A DNA stretch of 64,000 bases. It comes from Saccostrea echinata (Eukaryota). The notes below the pieces were generated by a model. It saw only the letters and a program-made list of their open reading frames with translations, was not told the origin of the DNA and made no database searches. The stretch covers positions 10,850,001 through 10,914,000 of the forward strand of contig NW_026889774.1 of the NCBI RefSeq assembly GCF_033153115.1, read 5' to 3'. A program made the position numbers and the translations under genes. Position 1 is the stretch's first letter, and each line of letters begins with the position of its first letter. Of this stretch, positions 61,061 to 64,000 are shown piece by piece.

Positions 61061-64000
61061 AGCAGCTTGTTGCTTACCTATTCCAGCAAGGTTGGCTGTC
61101 ACATATAGCTGGGAAATGGACTATTCTTCAAGTGGTGGTGGGCCTTGGTCCTCCTTTCTCCTTCCTATTCTGAGCCCCTGAAAATATACAACTGACACAA
61201 GATTAGTAGAAATTCAAAACAATGCAACAAATCACAGAAATTCAAGTCAAAATAATCAGTACAACAAAATTTGTTGAAAAATCAGTTAGCAAACAATGAC
61301 AGTTAACTCAGGAACAGGAATGTGGGGGAAAGGGCAGGGTGGTGGTTAGTTATGTTAGAGTAGGGAGGGGGATAGGAGAAAGGAAAGAGAAAAGGACAAA
61401 ATTCAAAAATACCTCCATATAAGCTTCCATGGCTGTTGATGTGGCTCCTGGTGATGTTTCTTCTGAACTGTCTCAGCATCTCTGCATCCTGTCAATTAAA
61501 GGTTAAGAGGTCAAAGCCTGATACAGCCAACATCAATTGCAAAGCAAAATATCAGCAAAGGATGCAAGAAGTAAAGTCGGAATCTAACCGCGCATGCTAT
61601 TCATGTCTGCAGTTGTATGGGAGAGGGACCACTCCTCACTTCAGGATCCTGGTCAGCCAACACATTCTTCTGCTAACAAAGAAAAAACAGAGACATCGAA
61701 GAAGGAACACTAGTTTTGCATTTCATATCAAGTGACAAGTTGAATTAAAAAAAAAAGCAGCTTGTTGCTTACCTATTCCAGCAAGGTTGGCTGTTGTATA
61801 TAGCTGGGAAATGGACTATTCTTCAAGTGGTGGTGGGCCTTGGTCCTCCTTCCTTCTTCCTATTCTGAGCCCCTGAAAATATACAACTGACACAAGATTA
61901 GTAGAAATTCAAAACAATGCAACAAATCACAGAAATTCAAGTCAAAATAATCAGTACAACAAAATTTGTTGAAAAATCAGTTAGCAAACAATGACAGTTA
62001 ACTCAGGAACAGGAATGTGGGGGAAAGGGCAGGGTGGTTGTAAGTTATGTTAGAGTAGGGAGGGGGATAGGACAAAGGAAAGAGAAAAGGAAAAAAAATC
62101 AAAAATACTCCCATATAACCTTCCATGGCTGTTGATGTGGCTCCTGGTGATGTTTCTTCTAAACTGCCTCAGCTTCTCTGCATCCTGTCAATTAAAGGTC
62201 AAGAGGTCAAAGCCTGATACAGCCAACATCAATTGCAAAGCAAAATATCAGCAAAGGATGCAAGAAGTAAAGTCGGAATCTAACCGTGCATGCTATTCAG
62301 GTCTGCAGTTGTATGGGAGAGGGACCACTCCTCACTTCAGGATCCTGGTCAGCCAACACATTCTTCTGCTAACAAAGAAAAAACAGAGACATCAAAGAAG
62401 GAACACTTGCATTTCATATCAAGTGACAAGTTGAATTTAAAAAAAAGCAGCTTGTTGCTTACCTATTCCAGCAAGGTTGGCTGTTGTATATAGCTGGGAA
62501 ATGGACTATTCTTCAAGTGGTGGTGGGCCTTGGTCCTCCTTCCTTCTTCCTATTCTGAGCCCCTGAAAATATACAACTGACACAAGATTAGTAGAAATTC
62601 AAAACAATGCAACAAATCACAGAAATTCAAGTCAAAATAATCAGTACAACAAAATTTGTTGAAAAATCAGTTAGCAAACAATGACAGTTAACTCAGGAAC
62701 AGGAATGTGGGGGAAAGAGCAGGGTGGTGGTTAGTTATGTTAGAGTAGGGAGGGGGATAGGACAAAGGAAAGAGAAAAGGAAAAAAATTCAAAAATACTT
62801 CCATATAAGCTTCCATGGCTGTTGAAGTGGCTCCTGGTGATGTTTCTTCTGAACTGCCTCAGCTTCTCTGCATCCTGTCAATTAAAGGTCAAGAGGTCAA
62901 AGCCTGATACAGCCAACATCAATTGCAAAGCAAAATATCAGCAAAGGATGCAAGAAGTAAAGTCGGAATCTAACCGTGCATGCTATTCAGGTCTGCAGTT
63001 GTATGGGAGAGGGACCACTCCTCACTTCAGGATCCTGGTCAGCCAACACATTCTTCTGCTAACAAAGAAAAAACAGAGACATCAAAGAAGGAACACTAGT
63101 TTTGCATTTCATATCAAGTGACAAGTTGAATTAAAAAAAAAGCAGCTTGTTGCTTACCTATTCCAGCAAGGTTGGCTGTCACATATAGCTGGGAAATGGA
63201 CTATTCTTCAAGTGGTGGTGGGCCTTGGTCCTCCTTCCTTCTTCCTATTCTGAGCCCCTGAAAATATACAACTGACACAAGATTAGTAGAAATTCAAAAC
63301 AATGCAACAAATCACAGAAATTCAAGTCAAAATAATCAGTACAACAAAATTTGTTGAAAAATCAGTTAGCAAACAATGACAGTTAACTCAGGAACAGGAA
63401 TGTGGGGGAAAGGGCAGGGTGGTGGTTAGTTATGTTAGAGTAGGGAGGGGGATAGGAGAAAGGAAAGAGAAAAGGACAAAATTCAAAAATACTTGCATAT
63501 AAGCTTCCATGGCTGTTGATGTGGCTCCTGGTGATGTTTCTTCTGAACTGTCTCAGCATCTCTGCATCTTGTCAATTAAAGGTCAAGAGGTCAAAGCCTG
63601 ATACAGCCAACATCAATTGCAAAGCAAAATATCAGCAAAGGATGCAAGAAATAAAGTCGGAATCTAACCGTGCATGCTATTCAGGTCTGCAGTTGTATGG
63701 GAGAGGGACCACTCCTCACTTCAGGATCCTGGTCAGCCAACACATTCTTCTGCTAACAAAGAAAAAACAGAGACATCAAAGAAGGAACACTAGTTTTGCA
63801 TTTCATATCAAGTGACAAGTTGAATTAAAAAAAAGCAGCTTGTTGCTTACCTATTCCAGCAAGGTTGGCTGTTGTATATAGCTGGGAAATGGACTATTCT
63901 TCAAGTGGTGGTGGGCCTTGGTCCTCCTTCCTTCTTCCTATTCTGAGCCCCTGAAAATATACAACTGACACAAGATTAGTAGAAATTCAAAACAATGCAA
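61061..64000. repeat. ~693-bp tandem repeat, >=4.2 near-identical units (continues past the window), plus one diverged unit at ~59690-60280
   Basis: AGCAGCTTGTTGCTTACC recurs at 61061, 61756, 62446, 63141 and 63834 (periods 695, 690, 695, 693). Confidence 0.98.

Larger units (their letters stand above)
55530..64000 (-). ncRNA. Putative spliced long non-coding RNA (or decayed gene) with a tandemly repeated 3-exon cassette; 5' end lies outside the window
   Basis: Purine-rich blocks of 60-100 nt are bounded by YnAG and GTAAG/GTTAG/GTATT on the minus strand. Per repeat, for example 61672-61589, 61488-61413 and 61177-61078; then 60208-60131, 59788-59697, 57345-57257, 57147-57053, 56907-56844 and a terminal acceptor at 55660. 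Several exons have stops in all three frames. Confidence 0.55.

Noticed and set aside
61178-61775. Intronic snoRNA or mirtron array in the repeated cassette
   Set aside because: I saw no RTGATGA C box and no convincing H/ACA double hairpin in the introns. A snoscan/Infernal run would be needed to exclude it fully.
57053-64000. Multi-UGA selenoprotein (SELENOP-like) encoded by the repeated exons
   Set aside because: Many stops are TGA, but reading them as Sec still hits TAG in the next cassette. The exon sum of 260 nt shifts the frame each unit, and there is no SELENOP-like sequence.

Overview
This window is AT-rich eukaryotic DNA, most likely from an oyster (Ostreidae). The basis is the ~166-bp Cg170/HindIII-type satellite monomers inside Helentron-associated (HINE/pearl-like) elements, plus a C1q-domain gene and an IgGFc-binding-domain gene. 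I reconstructed six spliced protein-coding genes by hand with phase-consistent GT-AG junctions: (1) a probably secreted YNQP/Pro/Thr/Gln-rich low-complexity protein (+, 5' exon not found); (2) GPS2 (-, 10 coding exons); (3) CCDC84/CENATAC (+, 9 exons), head-to-head with GPS2; (4) a secreted coiled-coil + IgGFc-binding N-terminal domain protein (-); (5) an unknown basic 302-aa protein (-); (6) a coiled-coil + C1q-domain protein (+). The rest is SINEs, many MITEs, nested HINEs and two minisatellites. Two observations stand out. First, CENATAC intron 5 has a U2-type donor competing with a U12-type donor 18 nt downstream. Using the U12 donor includes an in-frame stop, and a U12-like branch point sits at the acceptor, which fits a minor-spliceosome feedback switch. 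Second, the last ~9 kb holds a minus-strand, apparently non-coding multi-exon transcript whose 3-exon/3-intron cassette is tandemly amplified as ~693-bp units. All calls come from reading the sequence; no database searches were run.
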